Shown one piece after another: positions 19,367 through 27,561 of a stretch of 64,000 nucleotides of DNA (positions are counted from its first letter, which is position 1; every line of letters begins with the position of its first letter). The notes below the pieces were generated by a model. That model was not told where the DNA came from, ran no database searches, and saw nothing but the letters and a program-made list of their open reading frames with translations. The position numbers and the translations under genes are program-made. The DNA is from a virus (taxonomy: Duplodnaviria > Caudoviricetes), in the IMG/VR virus record IMGVR_UViG_3300018984_000003, positions 45,787 through 109,786 of that record; one strand, given 5' to 3'.

Positions 19367-19632
19367 TGCCAACAGTTAAGTTCTCCGAGGCTGATGCAGT
19401 AATTGAAAATAGCACATGGACAAGCAATAATCAAGATTTAGCCGACTTATTAAATGAGTGGACTCAAAACGAAATACGAACCGCAATGATCGACGAACCA
19501 TTCTTTATGTTGTATTCCCCGTCCAATCCCTGGCCCGACATAACGATCGCTGAAGCAGCAGTAGAAGCGTGGAACGGAAAAATAATAGATGAAGGAACAC
19601 CGCCGGAACACGAGCCAGATAGAATTTACTAA
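19366..19632 (+). CDS. Small acidic protein coupled to the zincin gene (candidate inhibitor)
   Basis: 88 aa, TAATG overlap. Confidence 0.65.
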   Translation: MPTVKFSEADAVIENSTWTSNNQDLADLLNEWTQNEIRTAMIDEPFFMLYSPSNPWPDITIAEAAVEAWNGKIIDEGTPPEHEPDRIY

Positions 19633-21040
19633 CTCAGGAGAGAATAAAATGCAAGCTACTACAATGAACGGTTTAACTGAAACTGGAGGCAACAATGCCG
19701 AAATTTCTAAATCATTACTAAAAATATTAAACATTTATTATACGTCTGGCATCGACCGCATTAAAACTTATGGAAAAAGCCCCAGCGGAAATATTGTTGG
19801 CGAATTTATTGCTGATGGAACGACTTTTCAGTACATTCTGAACATGAAAACTAACACGGTATCCTATGAGCCAGTAGGTAGCAAAACCGCGAGCAAAGCC
19901 GACTCATTGCTGGCTGAGGCAGAGAATGCCTATCGGTTCAAAACAATTTATTCGGCGCGGGAGGCTTTTGATATTTCAGAAACAGGGGCGATTGAGCAAA
20001 AGCTAGATAGCTGGTTTTTTCGCGCTGATGCGCCAACAAAAGCCAAGATAGGTGTCAAAGCAAAAGCTAACAAGTCCGGAAAAACCTTGACTTGCACTCC
20101 CGGCAAAACATTCCCGTGCGGTGCGGTATGTCGTGCGATGGGGAAGCCTTGCAAGCAGCCGATGTCGCCAGAAGTGCAGGAAATCGCTGGACAAATTGCT
20201 GCCAAAATCAAAACGCCGACGGCTGCGACAACAACACCTGCAACTACTTCGCTAACCACGGGTACAACATCAGGGAAGATGACGGCTCAAAAGATGGCGG
20301 AACAAATTGCTGCGGCAAAAGCGCTGGAGGTGGATGCACCAAAAGATAAAGGTAGTAGTATAAAACTTATTCCTTCGCTTATTGCTGTTAAACGTATAAC
20401 AGCACCCACACAAGAATTTGATCAAAATGAATTGATGGCAGCAGCAGAAGCAATGCTAAAAGTAGGGGGTTTTATTGAAAGTCCAATATTACGACGAAAA
20501 GGTGAAGGGTTTAAAATAGTGTCGGGTGAATTTCAAGTTGCGGCAGCAATTGTTGCTAAAGCAATGAAGCCATTGAGCGGAGAAAACTTACCCGCAATCA
20601 TAATTGATGACGAAAACGAAGAAGCTGTCATGAGCCAAGTTAAACTAAAAAACAAAAGAGCAACCAACTCCCAATCAGCAGCCAATATCAGCACAGCAAA
20701 ACCTAAAAAAGTAGAGAATGAAACGCCACAAGAATTTGAAAGAAGACGATCAAGCGAGAATACCGGAAGAATGATGCACCTTGAAATAAGAAAAATAGAT
20801 CCAGGTGAACCGCATTCTGAGTCAGCAGAATCTGTAGCAGAAGCAGCAAAACTAATTAAAGCCGCTGGACGAAACTGGATACCTGTACCTATCCAGCAAA
20901 CTAAGGATTATGAATACGAAGTAGTAGGTAATTCGTTTATTTACGAAGCAGCCAAAAAAGCAGGAGTTGAGCGATTGTGGACTGTAGTCGTTGATCCACT
21001 TCCAGAAAACATTAAGCAAGCTAAATTGTTAGGGCGCTAG
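19589..21040 (+). CDS. Polymorphic cargo family member 5 (divergent), with tandem ParB-like domains (start probably ATG 19649)
   Basis: GNIVGEF..F.Y..VSYEP, RADA, CTPGKTFPCGAVCRAMGKPC, then GGFIESPILRR..FKIVSGEF and GRNWIPVPI..YEVVGNSFIYEAA. Confidence 0.7.
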   Translation: MKEHRRNTSQIEFTNSGENKMQATTMNGLTETGGNNAEISKSLLKILNIYYTSGIDRIKTYGKSPSGNIVGEFIADGTTFQYILNMKTNTVSYEPVGSKTASKADSLLAEAENAYRFKTIYSAREAFDISETGAIEQKLDSWFFRADAPTKAKIGVKAKANKSGKTLTCTPGKTFPCGAVCRAMGKPCKQPMSPEVQEIAGQIAAKIKTPTAATTTPATTSLTTGTTSGKMTAQKMAEQIAAAKALEVDAPKDKGSSIKLIPSLIAVKRITAPTQEFDQNELMAAAEAMLKVGGFIESPILRRKGEGFKIVSGEFQVAAAIVAKAMKPLSGENLPAIIIDDENEEAVMSQVKLKNKRATNSQSAANISTAKPKKVENETPQEFERRRSSENTGRMMHLEIRKIDPGEPHSESAESVAEAAKLIKAAGRNWIPVPIQQTKDYEYEVVGNSFIYEAAKKAGVERLWTVVVDPLPENIKQAKLLGR

Positions 21041-21331
21041 TTTGCGACATAACCCAAACGCGCGCGCCAGCAAATTTTCTTCAACAGTTATCAACTCCCC
21101 AATCCAGACCCAAGCCGCTGCCCAAGCCATTACGCAGTCATCATGACCCGCGACAGCTTTTCTGTCTTTTGTAGAAAAGTTTTTCATCTCTTCAATACCT
21201 TGCCAGTTGGGGGGATAGCAAACCGTGCCACCCTCAAGCGCAATCGCCAGCCGATCGGTATTAACTCGCTTGGATACCGCAGATGTGTTGACCTTCTCAA
21301 ACCGCAGGGATGATCGGGCGCTATCTACCCT
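21029..21331 (-). pseudogene. Orphan C-terminal part of a second terminase nuclease domain, in frame behind the terL stop
   Basis: Hand translation: RVDSARSSLRFEKVNTSAVSKRVNTDRLAIALEGG..IEEMKNF..KAVAGHDDCVMAWA..ENLLARAFG. No start codon at its 5' end. Confidence 0.75.
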
Positions 21332-22741
21332 TTACCCAAATGCCCGCACTAACAAATTACTTTCTTTCTCAACGCAAGAAAAAGCCCCAGAGCTGGCATC
21401 AGTAAAATCATTAACTAAGGGTTGACGACTGCCGTTAAATTTGTACAGCGCGTTGAGATATCGATCATTCCAATCACCCCGTACCAGCTTGACATTGCCC
21501 CGCATAGCCTCTGACGCAAAGGGAACCGCCCGTTTTACTTTGTCGCCTTGTGGTTTAACTGCTTCTGCTGAAAACCCAGACAACAAATCTTGCAAGTGTA
21601 CGGCGTCCCGAATCCCGGCACTACCACCCTCTAACTCCCAATAAACAGCGCAAGTGTTGCCGTCCATTAATGCCGTGTTTGAGATTAGCTGATCCGCCTC
21701 GGCTGGAGAGACTTGTTCGGCGATCGCATCTAAGACATAGTAGACATCATCAACAAATTGCAACTTAACCCCAGCGGTGAAGTATGCAGTGTCCTTGACT
21801 GTTGCCGCCAAGTCCCAGAACCTGAGAATTTGACCGCCACGCGGCGCAAAGTCAACAACCTCAAACCATTCGCGCTTAAAGACCATCCCAACGCCTTTCG
21901 CCTCAAACGGGATGCAATCTAATTCTTCCCGTGCGTTGATGCCGTAAGCTTCTCTCAATTCCTGTTCCCATACGAGTTGACCTTCTAACGTCCATTTCTG
22001 CCTCAATTTCAAACAAATTCGATGATATAAACCATCGCCAAGTGCTGTCGCCAAATCATAGCGATGGTAACTATATTTAAGTTCTCCTGTCTTACACTTT
22101 TCAATTAACTCATTAAAATAATTGTTTTTGCCGTTATGTGTAGACCAAATAGCAACCTTGCCACCCCACATATTAATAGCAAGCGCTGCTTTAAGTAATT
22201 CATCTAAATCATTGTGGAAAGCTGCTTCGTCAATCCGTAGCCGTCCCTTTTTTGCCCGCAGGTTTGCCGGACGCGACGACAAAGCTGTCACCTTGAATCC
22301 TGAATCAAATCGAATTGTGTAAGCGAGAATATTTTTATCTGGCTCCTCAATAACTGATTCATTGATACCCGAACAAGCTAAGTTGTAACCTTTTGCCCAA
22401 TATGCAACATCTTCTATATATTGTCGGCTCATGTCAAAATTAAACCCAACATACCAACTGTCGCACCCGTTATTTTGAGCCGCAATTAACGCCGAATCAG
22501 CGGCATCTGCCCAACTAATTCCGATCCGCCTACTCTTCTCACAAATCTTGATCGGAGATTGATCCCGAATCCAGTTCTGCTGATAGCGTAGCAATATCGG
22601 CGGGTTCGATACCCAAGATGCGCCACCCGATCGCTGCTGCTGTTTCTGGAGTAAGTCCGCACCCCTCTTCTTCGGGACGATCAGGGATGATTCCCGCAAA
22701 CGCCTCTCGAAGGTTTGACTTAAGCTTGAGATTTTCGTCAT
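21332..22741 (-). CDS. terL: Terminase large subunit
   Basis: EKSRRIGISW (Walker A), RIDEAAFH (Walker B), WSTHNG, then the nuclease domain FWDLAA..GDKVKRA..NDFTDA. The true start is probably downstream of the ORF-track start. Confidence 0.92.
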   Translation of the reverse strand: MTKISSLSQTFERRLRESSLIVPKKRGADLLQKQQQRSGGASWVSNPPILLRYQQNWIRDQSPIKICEKSRRIGISWADAADSALIAAQNNGCDSWYVGFNFDMSRQYIEDVAYWAKGYNLACSGINESVIEEPDKNILAYTIRFDSGFKVTALSSRPANLRAKKGRLRIDEAAFHNDLDELLKAALAINMWGGKVAIWSTHNGKNNYFNELIEKCKTGELKYSYHRYDLATALGDGLYHRICLKLRQKWTLEGQLVWEQELREAYGINAREELDCIPFEAKGVGMVFKREWFEVVDFAPRGGQILRFWDLAATVKDTAYFTAGVKLQFVDDVYYVLDAIAEQVSPAEADQLISNTALMDGNTCAVYWELEGGSAGIRDAVHLQDLLSGFSAEAVKPQGDKVKRAVPFASEAMRGNVKLVRGDWNDRYLNALYKFNGSRQPLVNDFTDASSGAFSCVEKESNLLVRAFG

Positions 22742-23231
22742 TTGCTAACTTCAATACTGAACGTGGCAACCATCCTGCATCCGCTAAAACTTTAAGCGCC
22801 TCAATCTCATCATAATGTCTGCCAGACGCTTCTTGTTGTAGCTGTAGCGCAACTTTTATCAAGTTAGGAAGGATCTTAATATCAACTTCAGATGGATTTT
22901 TGTTAATTTCGTCTAACGCTTTATTTATTACAAGCATTAGCTTAGAATAAGTGGTAGCACAAACACTAACCATCTGACGAGATTGTTCAAACCGCCGATC
23001 GAAATCACTGGAGTAAATGAGTTTTTGCTGTCGCTCTGCTTCGGCTTGTGCTTTTTGTTTGAGATTTTCCAATCGGGTGATCGTCTGCTGCCAAGTCTCT
23101 GTTTTTTGCATCAGAGAAATCCTTCCTTGGGTAAAACCAAGTTTTTCCGCGATCGCCACTTGAGACATCCCGTCAAACGACATCTCGGCAGCTCTAATTA
23201 TTTTCTCTGTTGAAATTTTAGTTGTAGCCAC
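22539..23231 (-). CDS. terS: Terminase small subunit (N-terminal HTH)
   Basis: GMSQVAIAEKLGFTQGRIS HTH plus helical body, directly upstream of terL. Confidence 0.7.
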   Translation of the reverse strand: MATTKISTEKIIRAAEMSFDGMSQVAIAEKLGFTQGRISLMQKTETWQQTITRLENLKQKAQAEAERQQKLIYSSDFDRRFEQSRQMVSVCATTYSKLMLVINKALDEINKNPSEVDIKILPNLIKVALQLQQEASGRHYDEIEALKVLADAGWLPRSVLKLANDENLKLKSNLREAFAGIIPDRPEEEGCGLTPETAAAIGWRILGIEPADIATLSAELDSGSISDQDL

Positions 23232-23271
23232 TTGTCAAATATTTTTTAATAGTTTTTAATACCTTCTAATT

Positions 23272-23895
23272 ATGACCGATCTGTTGACTCTCAAATACAT
23301 CCCCATCTCCCAGGCTGAACTTTTCGACAGTAACGCCAAGTTGCACAACCTAGATCAGATCATTGAATCAATAACCAGGTACGGATTCAAGAACGCCGCG
23401 AAGTGGGAAAGCACACTCAACGACGGACGCGGCGGCATCGTTGCGGGTAACGGTCGCGTTGAGGCACTAAGAGTGATGGAGGAGCGGGGCGATGACTTGC
23501 CGATCGGGATTGCTCAAGACACGGAGACGGGGGAGTGGTGCGTCCCGGTGCTGTTCGGGGTTGATGCGGAGTCAGAGGGGATCGCACGGGCTTATGCCTG
23601 GGATGATAACCTAACAATGTTTGGAGGAATGTTGGCAATTGATGAGTTAATAAAGCTATACGATCCAGAGTTGTTGGAAAACGAGTTAGAGTCATTGAGC
23701 CGATCGGGGGAATCGCCTCTCAGTATTGATTTTGAATCAGTTGAAAACAGTTTACACTCGCTGATAACAGGAAGTGAGTCAGCCGATGACAACGAGGAAG
23801 ACTCAAATCGACCATCATCTACAAAAGAAATAAACACCGACGACTATGAATTTGAGCACAAATGCCCCAAATGTCAATTCGAGTTTAACGATTAA
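23272..23895 (+). CDS. ParB/Srx-like N-terminal domain protein with a C-terminal Zn ribbon
   Basis: NAKLH..IIESITRYGF..IVAGNGRVEA..DDNL and HKCPKCQFEF. Confidence 0.75.
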   Translation: MTDLLTLKYIPISQAELFDSNAKLHNLDQIIESITRYGFKNAAKWESTLNDGRGGIVAGNGRVEALRVMEERGDDLPIGIAQDTETGEWCVPVLFGVDAESEGIARAYAWDDNLTMFGGMLAIDELIKLYDPELLENELESLSRSGESPLSIDFESVENSLHSLITGSESADDNEEDSNRPSSTKEINTDDYEFEHKCPKCQFEFND

Positions 23896-24928
23896 CCCAC
23901 ACGCTTGGTTTTTAAAAGACTTAAAAAGCGTCCCACAAAACGGGTTAAAAGTAATGACAACTTTTAGCTGCGGTGGCGGTAGTTCAATGGGCTACAAGCT
24001 GGCAGGCTGCGACGTGATAGCTGCTAATGATATTGACCCGGAGATGGCATATCATTACAAACTCAATCTAAATCCCAAATATTATTTTTTATGTCCGATT
24101 AAGGATTTGCTCAAAAAACAATTACCTCAAGAATTGTACGAGTTAGATATTTTGGATGGTAGCCCACCCTGTTCTGTCTTCAGCATGGCAGGCAGTAGAG
24201 AAAAAGGTTGGGGCAAGGACAAGCATTCTCGCGAAGGACAGGCAAAACAAGTATTAGACGACTTATTTTTTGATTGGCTAGATTTAGTTGAGGATCTAAA
24301 ACCTAAAGTAGCGATCGCTGAAAATGTCAAAGAAATGTTACAGGGTAACGCCAAAGGCTACTGCAAGCTAATTATGGAGAGGTTTCGGGCGATAGGCTAC
24401 AACGCTCAATTATTCCTAGTCAACGCTGCTGATTGTGGCGTCCCACAAAAACGAGAGCGAGTATTTTTTATTGCCCTGCGTGGCGATATTGTTAAACCTA
24501 AATTAGTGTTAGTGCCCACGCATAAATGGATTAGTGTGGGCAAGGCGACTAGCGATTCGTAGGTCTTAACGGATGATGAAATTAGCGAGACTAAACCAAT
24601 ACCAACAGATGTCAGGTTTTGGGATAAGACTAAGGCAGATTTAAAATACTCTGTTGCTTGTGAAAAAGAATCTGGAAAAGACAGTTTTCCCCAGCACAGA
24701 AAATTATCACCAATTGAACCAAGTATCACATTGTCTGCCAATCCAAAGCTTTTTACTCACTGGAATAAATGCCGTTGCTTAACCTATCGAGAATGGAAGC
24801 GCTTAGGCTCATTCCCTGACGACTATCAAGCTAAAAGCGACAAAATAGGCAAATACATGATCGGCATGAGTGTCCCACCTAAAATGATGCAAAAAGTAGC
24901 CGAAGCAGTGATTACACAATGGTTTTAA
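23846..24928 (+). pseudogene. C5-cytosine DNA methyltransferase interrupted by an in-frame TAG (24560-24562)
   Basis: FSCGGG, GSPPC, ENV and PQKRER motifs. The frame stays open after the TAG and joins 24731-24928 (RLGSFPDDY..IGMSVPP, motifs IX/X). Confidence 0.85.
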
Positions 24929-24961
24929 TGCTAGAATTAATCTAATTTATAACCAAACATC

Positions 24962-25162
24962 ATGACCAAAACAACCAAAACATCTCAAGTTACGCAGTCG
25001 GAAACCTTGGAAGAACCCACCGAAAAAATCAAGTCTAAAGAACAATCAGGAGAACAACCGGAAACAGAAGCCTCTGAACCAACAGAAGCGGCACAGAAAG
25101 AATCAACGTCGCAATCTAATCCAACCAAACTAGAAAAATCGCAACCAGCGGAGGAAGCATAA
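24962..25162 (+). CDS. Low-complexity Glu/Thr/Ser-rich small protein
   Basis: 66 aa ORF ending 2 bp before HU. Confidence 0.5.
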   Translation: MTKTTKTSQVTQSETLEEPTEKIKSKEQSGEQPETEASEPTEAAQKESTSQSNPTKLEKSQPAEEA

Positions 25163-25164
25163 AA

Positions 25165-25464
25165 ATGAACAAGGGAGAACTGATCAAAAAAGTGGTCGCC
25201 CGCATCGGTGGCACTGAGAAAAAGACAGGAGCGACGCTTGACGCAATCTTAGAAACCATCACAGCAGCCGTTGCCAGCGGCGATAAGGTGACGCTAGTTG
25301 GATTCGGGACGTTTGAGGCACGAGAACGACAAGAGCGCAAAGGGCGCAACCCAAAGACAGGGGAATTGCTAACTATACCTGCAACGGTTGTTCCTGTCTT
25401 CTCACCCGGCAAAGCGTTTAAAGACGCGATCAAGCAGGGTATGGAGACTGAAGAGGCAGCTTAA
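25165..25464 (+). CDS. hup: HU family DNA-binding protein (copy 1)
   Basis: MNKGELI..VTLVGFGTFEARER..GRNPKTG..IPA..P.F.PGKAFK. Confidence 0.95.
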   Translation: MNKGELIKKVVARIGGTEKKTGATLDAILETITAAVASGDKVTLVGFGTFEARERQERKGRNPKTGELLTIPATVVPVFSPGKAFKDAIKQGMETEEAA

Positions 25465-25473
25465 TGTGGATAA

Positions 25474-26124
25474 TTGCTGTTGCGGACAATCAGCTCCACT
25501 AATAGAGGAAGAATAATGAGGTTTAGCTTAAGCAAAACAATAATACAGGAAAATAGCAAGTTTTCATTCAATATAAAAATCAGCGAACCCGGAGAACTTG
25601 TTGGTGAATTTGTTGTTGGCGTTAACATCATAGGTTCAACCAAAATTCAAGTTACAAATCTATCTCCAACTCCAACTCCAACTCCAACTCCAATACCAAC
25701 TCCAATACCAACTCCAATGCCGACAAATGACATAATTTATAGTTTTGAGGATATACCTACGACTGGAGATAATCTGGTTAACGGTGTTCACGGTGGTATT
25801 GATTTCGGAATAGAAACTTGGGGAGCGGGGAATTATTTTGGGTTTAGTTCAACAAGTGGTTGGTTTTATCACAACAACTCTAATAGCCAAAATTTTATAA
25901 TCCCAGCGGGTACTCGTTTAAAAAATATTAAATTAAGTACAGGAGTAGAGAATTCTACCTGGAGTATTTCTGACAATATTAATCCAACAATAAACGGATT
26001 CTTTACCTTAGTAGAAAATCCAATAATGATTACGACTGGTTGGACAAATGTAGGCACAAATATAACAATCACCTTTAGTGCTGGATGGGACTCGGGTATT
26101 AATGATATTACTTACGGTAATTAG
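25474..26124 (+). CDS. AT-rich moron-like gene with a Pro-Thr linker and a beta-sandwich domain
   Basis: PTPTPTPTPIPTPIPTP linker, Asn/Gly/Trp-rich C-terminal domain, visibly lower GC than the flanks. Confidence 0.65.
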   Translation: MLLRTISSTNRGRIMRFSLSKTIIQENSKFSFNIKISEPGELVGEFVVGVNIIGSTKIQVTNLSPTPTPTPTPIPTPIPTPMPTNDIIYSFEDIPTTGDNLVNGVHGGIDFGIETWGAGNYFGFSSTSGWFYHNNSNSQNFIIPAGTRLKNIKLSTGVENSTWSISDNINPTINGFFTLVENPIMITTGWTNVGTNITITFSAGWDSGINDITYGN

Positions 26125-26272
26125 TATGATCGTACGACAAAAAGACTGAAAAATATAAAAAATAAAACATCTCAATATATTGACAACTTTAGTTCCAAAA
26201 ACACATTAATTAAAGATATAAATATTTAATTATTAGCAAGATACTCATCGCGAAAAGATGAGGGATAGGCAA

Positions 26273-26560
26273 GTGAACAAAGGAGAATTAATCAAACAAG
26301 TGGCTAGTGAGATCGGCACAACAGAAAAAAACGTCTCCGTGACGCTGAATACTATTTTAAAAGCAATTACAAATGCTGTTACTGATGGCGGCGAGAAAGT
26401 GACACTGGTTGGCTTTGCTACGTTTGAGCCACGAGAGCGGCAAGAGCGCAAAGGGCGTAACCCGCAGACGGGAAAATCACTGACAATTTCTGCAACTACC
26501 TATCCGGCGTTTTCGGCTGGTAAGCACTTCAAAGACGCCGTGGCGGATGGCGGGGACTAG
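26273..26560 (+). CDS. hup: HU family DNA-binding protein (copy 2, GTG start)
   Basis: VNKGELIKQVA..VTLVGFATFEPRERQERKGRNPQTG. Confidence 0.9.
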   Translation: MNKGELIKQVASEIGTTEKNVSVTLNTILKAITNAVTDGGEKVTLVGFATFEPRERQERKGRNPQTGKSLTISATTYPAFSAGKHFKDAVADGGD

Positions 26561-26584
26561 AGAAAGCGGCTTGAGGCAATCGTC

Positions 26585-26715
26585 AGTCATTGGTCATTAG
26601 TCATTAGTCATTAGTCATTAGTCATTAGTCATTAGTCATTAGTCATTAGTCATTAGTCATTAGTCATTAGTCATTAGTCATTAGTCATTAGTCATTAGTC
26701 ATTAGTCATTAGTCA
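26585..26715. repeat. Heptamer tandem array (TTAGTCA) x about 18.7, STRR2-like
   Basis: Directly visible, with one TTGGTCA unit. It runs into the hairpin AGTCAACC..GGTTGACT-attttt. Confidence 0.95.
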
Positions 26716-26865
26716 ACCCCTGTTCTGGGAGGTTGACTATTTTTGTGACTTTTCAGCGATCCGGTGTCAATACGCTTGAGTTGAGCCTTGATCTTTCAGA
26801 TGCGCGGATGAACGAACGCGACTGTCGTTTGAGTCAACGCTCGTCTCGCTTTTAGATCCTCATCT

Positions 26866-27005
26866 AAGCGAGGGAGCTATGGTTGAGTATGGTACTCAGA
26901 TTTTTTCTATTTATAATATTCCTACGTGACAAACTCATCTATTACGATCGCGCTTCTGCCTATAATCTATCTGTAGAGGCTGTTTAACTCTCGATTCTAA
27001 GATTT
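26866..27005 (+). repeat. Dispersed intergenic element, copy A
   Basis: AAGCGAG..TGAG..TATAAT..CGTGACAAACTCATCTATT..CTGTAGAGG. Confidence 0.85.
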
Positions 27006-27097
27006 TATCAAAGAAAAACCCGGTATTTTGAATTTGTCGGGTTTTCTTTTGAGTAAAAAATAAGCTTACGTTTGTTGTGGTTCAATTTTCAGAATCT

Positions 27098-27178
27098 TCA
27101 AGCGTTTATAGTTTGCTGGTACAGCACCGCTGTAAAAATCCACCACAGCAAGATATGAGTGTTAAGGAGGTAACTCAT
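27098..27178 (-). pseudogene. Truncated VapC/PIN toxin N-terminus
   Basis: MSYLLNTHILLWWIF.. resembles the PIN start YLLDTHILLWW. ATGA-coupled to the antitoxin and stops after 26 aa. Confidence 0.7.
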
Positions 27179-27561
27179 CCCCATTGCTGGAGTTCCTCTT
27201 CTGGCAGTGGTTCAAAGAAAGCATCGCCTAATTGTCCTTTCAGTAAACCAGGACTACGGCGTTGTGTACATTGCTGATATCGCGCCGCTGCTGCACTAAG
27301 CGCTTCGTTAGGTGGATGGGGGTTCAGCAGAGCCTCCACAAAGGCTTCGCCGTCTTCTTTATTGAATATGAGGGTTTGGGTTTCTTCATTGCTGAGATGG
27401 CAAGGGACTTCGTTTTGCTCTCTAGCCATTCGTTCGATCGCATCACTAAGGCTGGTCGCCGTAAGCTCAACTTGCTTTGTTCTCAGCCATTTAACGGCGG
27501 TCTCAGTCAAAGTAAGGTCAATCCTGCGCTTGTTTTCACTATAAATTTTTTTTCTTCCCAT
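27175..27561 (-). CDS. Chimeric antitoxin-like protein (RHH + DUF1778-like + VapB/DUF2281-like tail)
   Basis: RIDLTLT..SLSDAIER, EAFVEALLNPHPPNEAL..AAARY and RRSPGLLKGQLGDAFFEPLPEEEL..W. Confidence 0.7.
   Translation of the reverse strand: MGRKKIYSENKRRIDLTLTETAVKWLRTKQVELTATSLSDAIERMAREQNEVPCHLSNEETQTLIFNKEDGEAFVEALLNPHPPNEALSAAAARYQQCTQRRSPGLLKGQLGDAFFEPLPEEELQQWG

Noticed and set aside
26585-26715. CRISPR array in the heptamer tract or in the dispersed elements
   Set aside because: No unique spacers in the tract, the elements are kilobases apart, and no cas gene is recognisable
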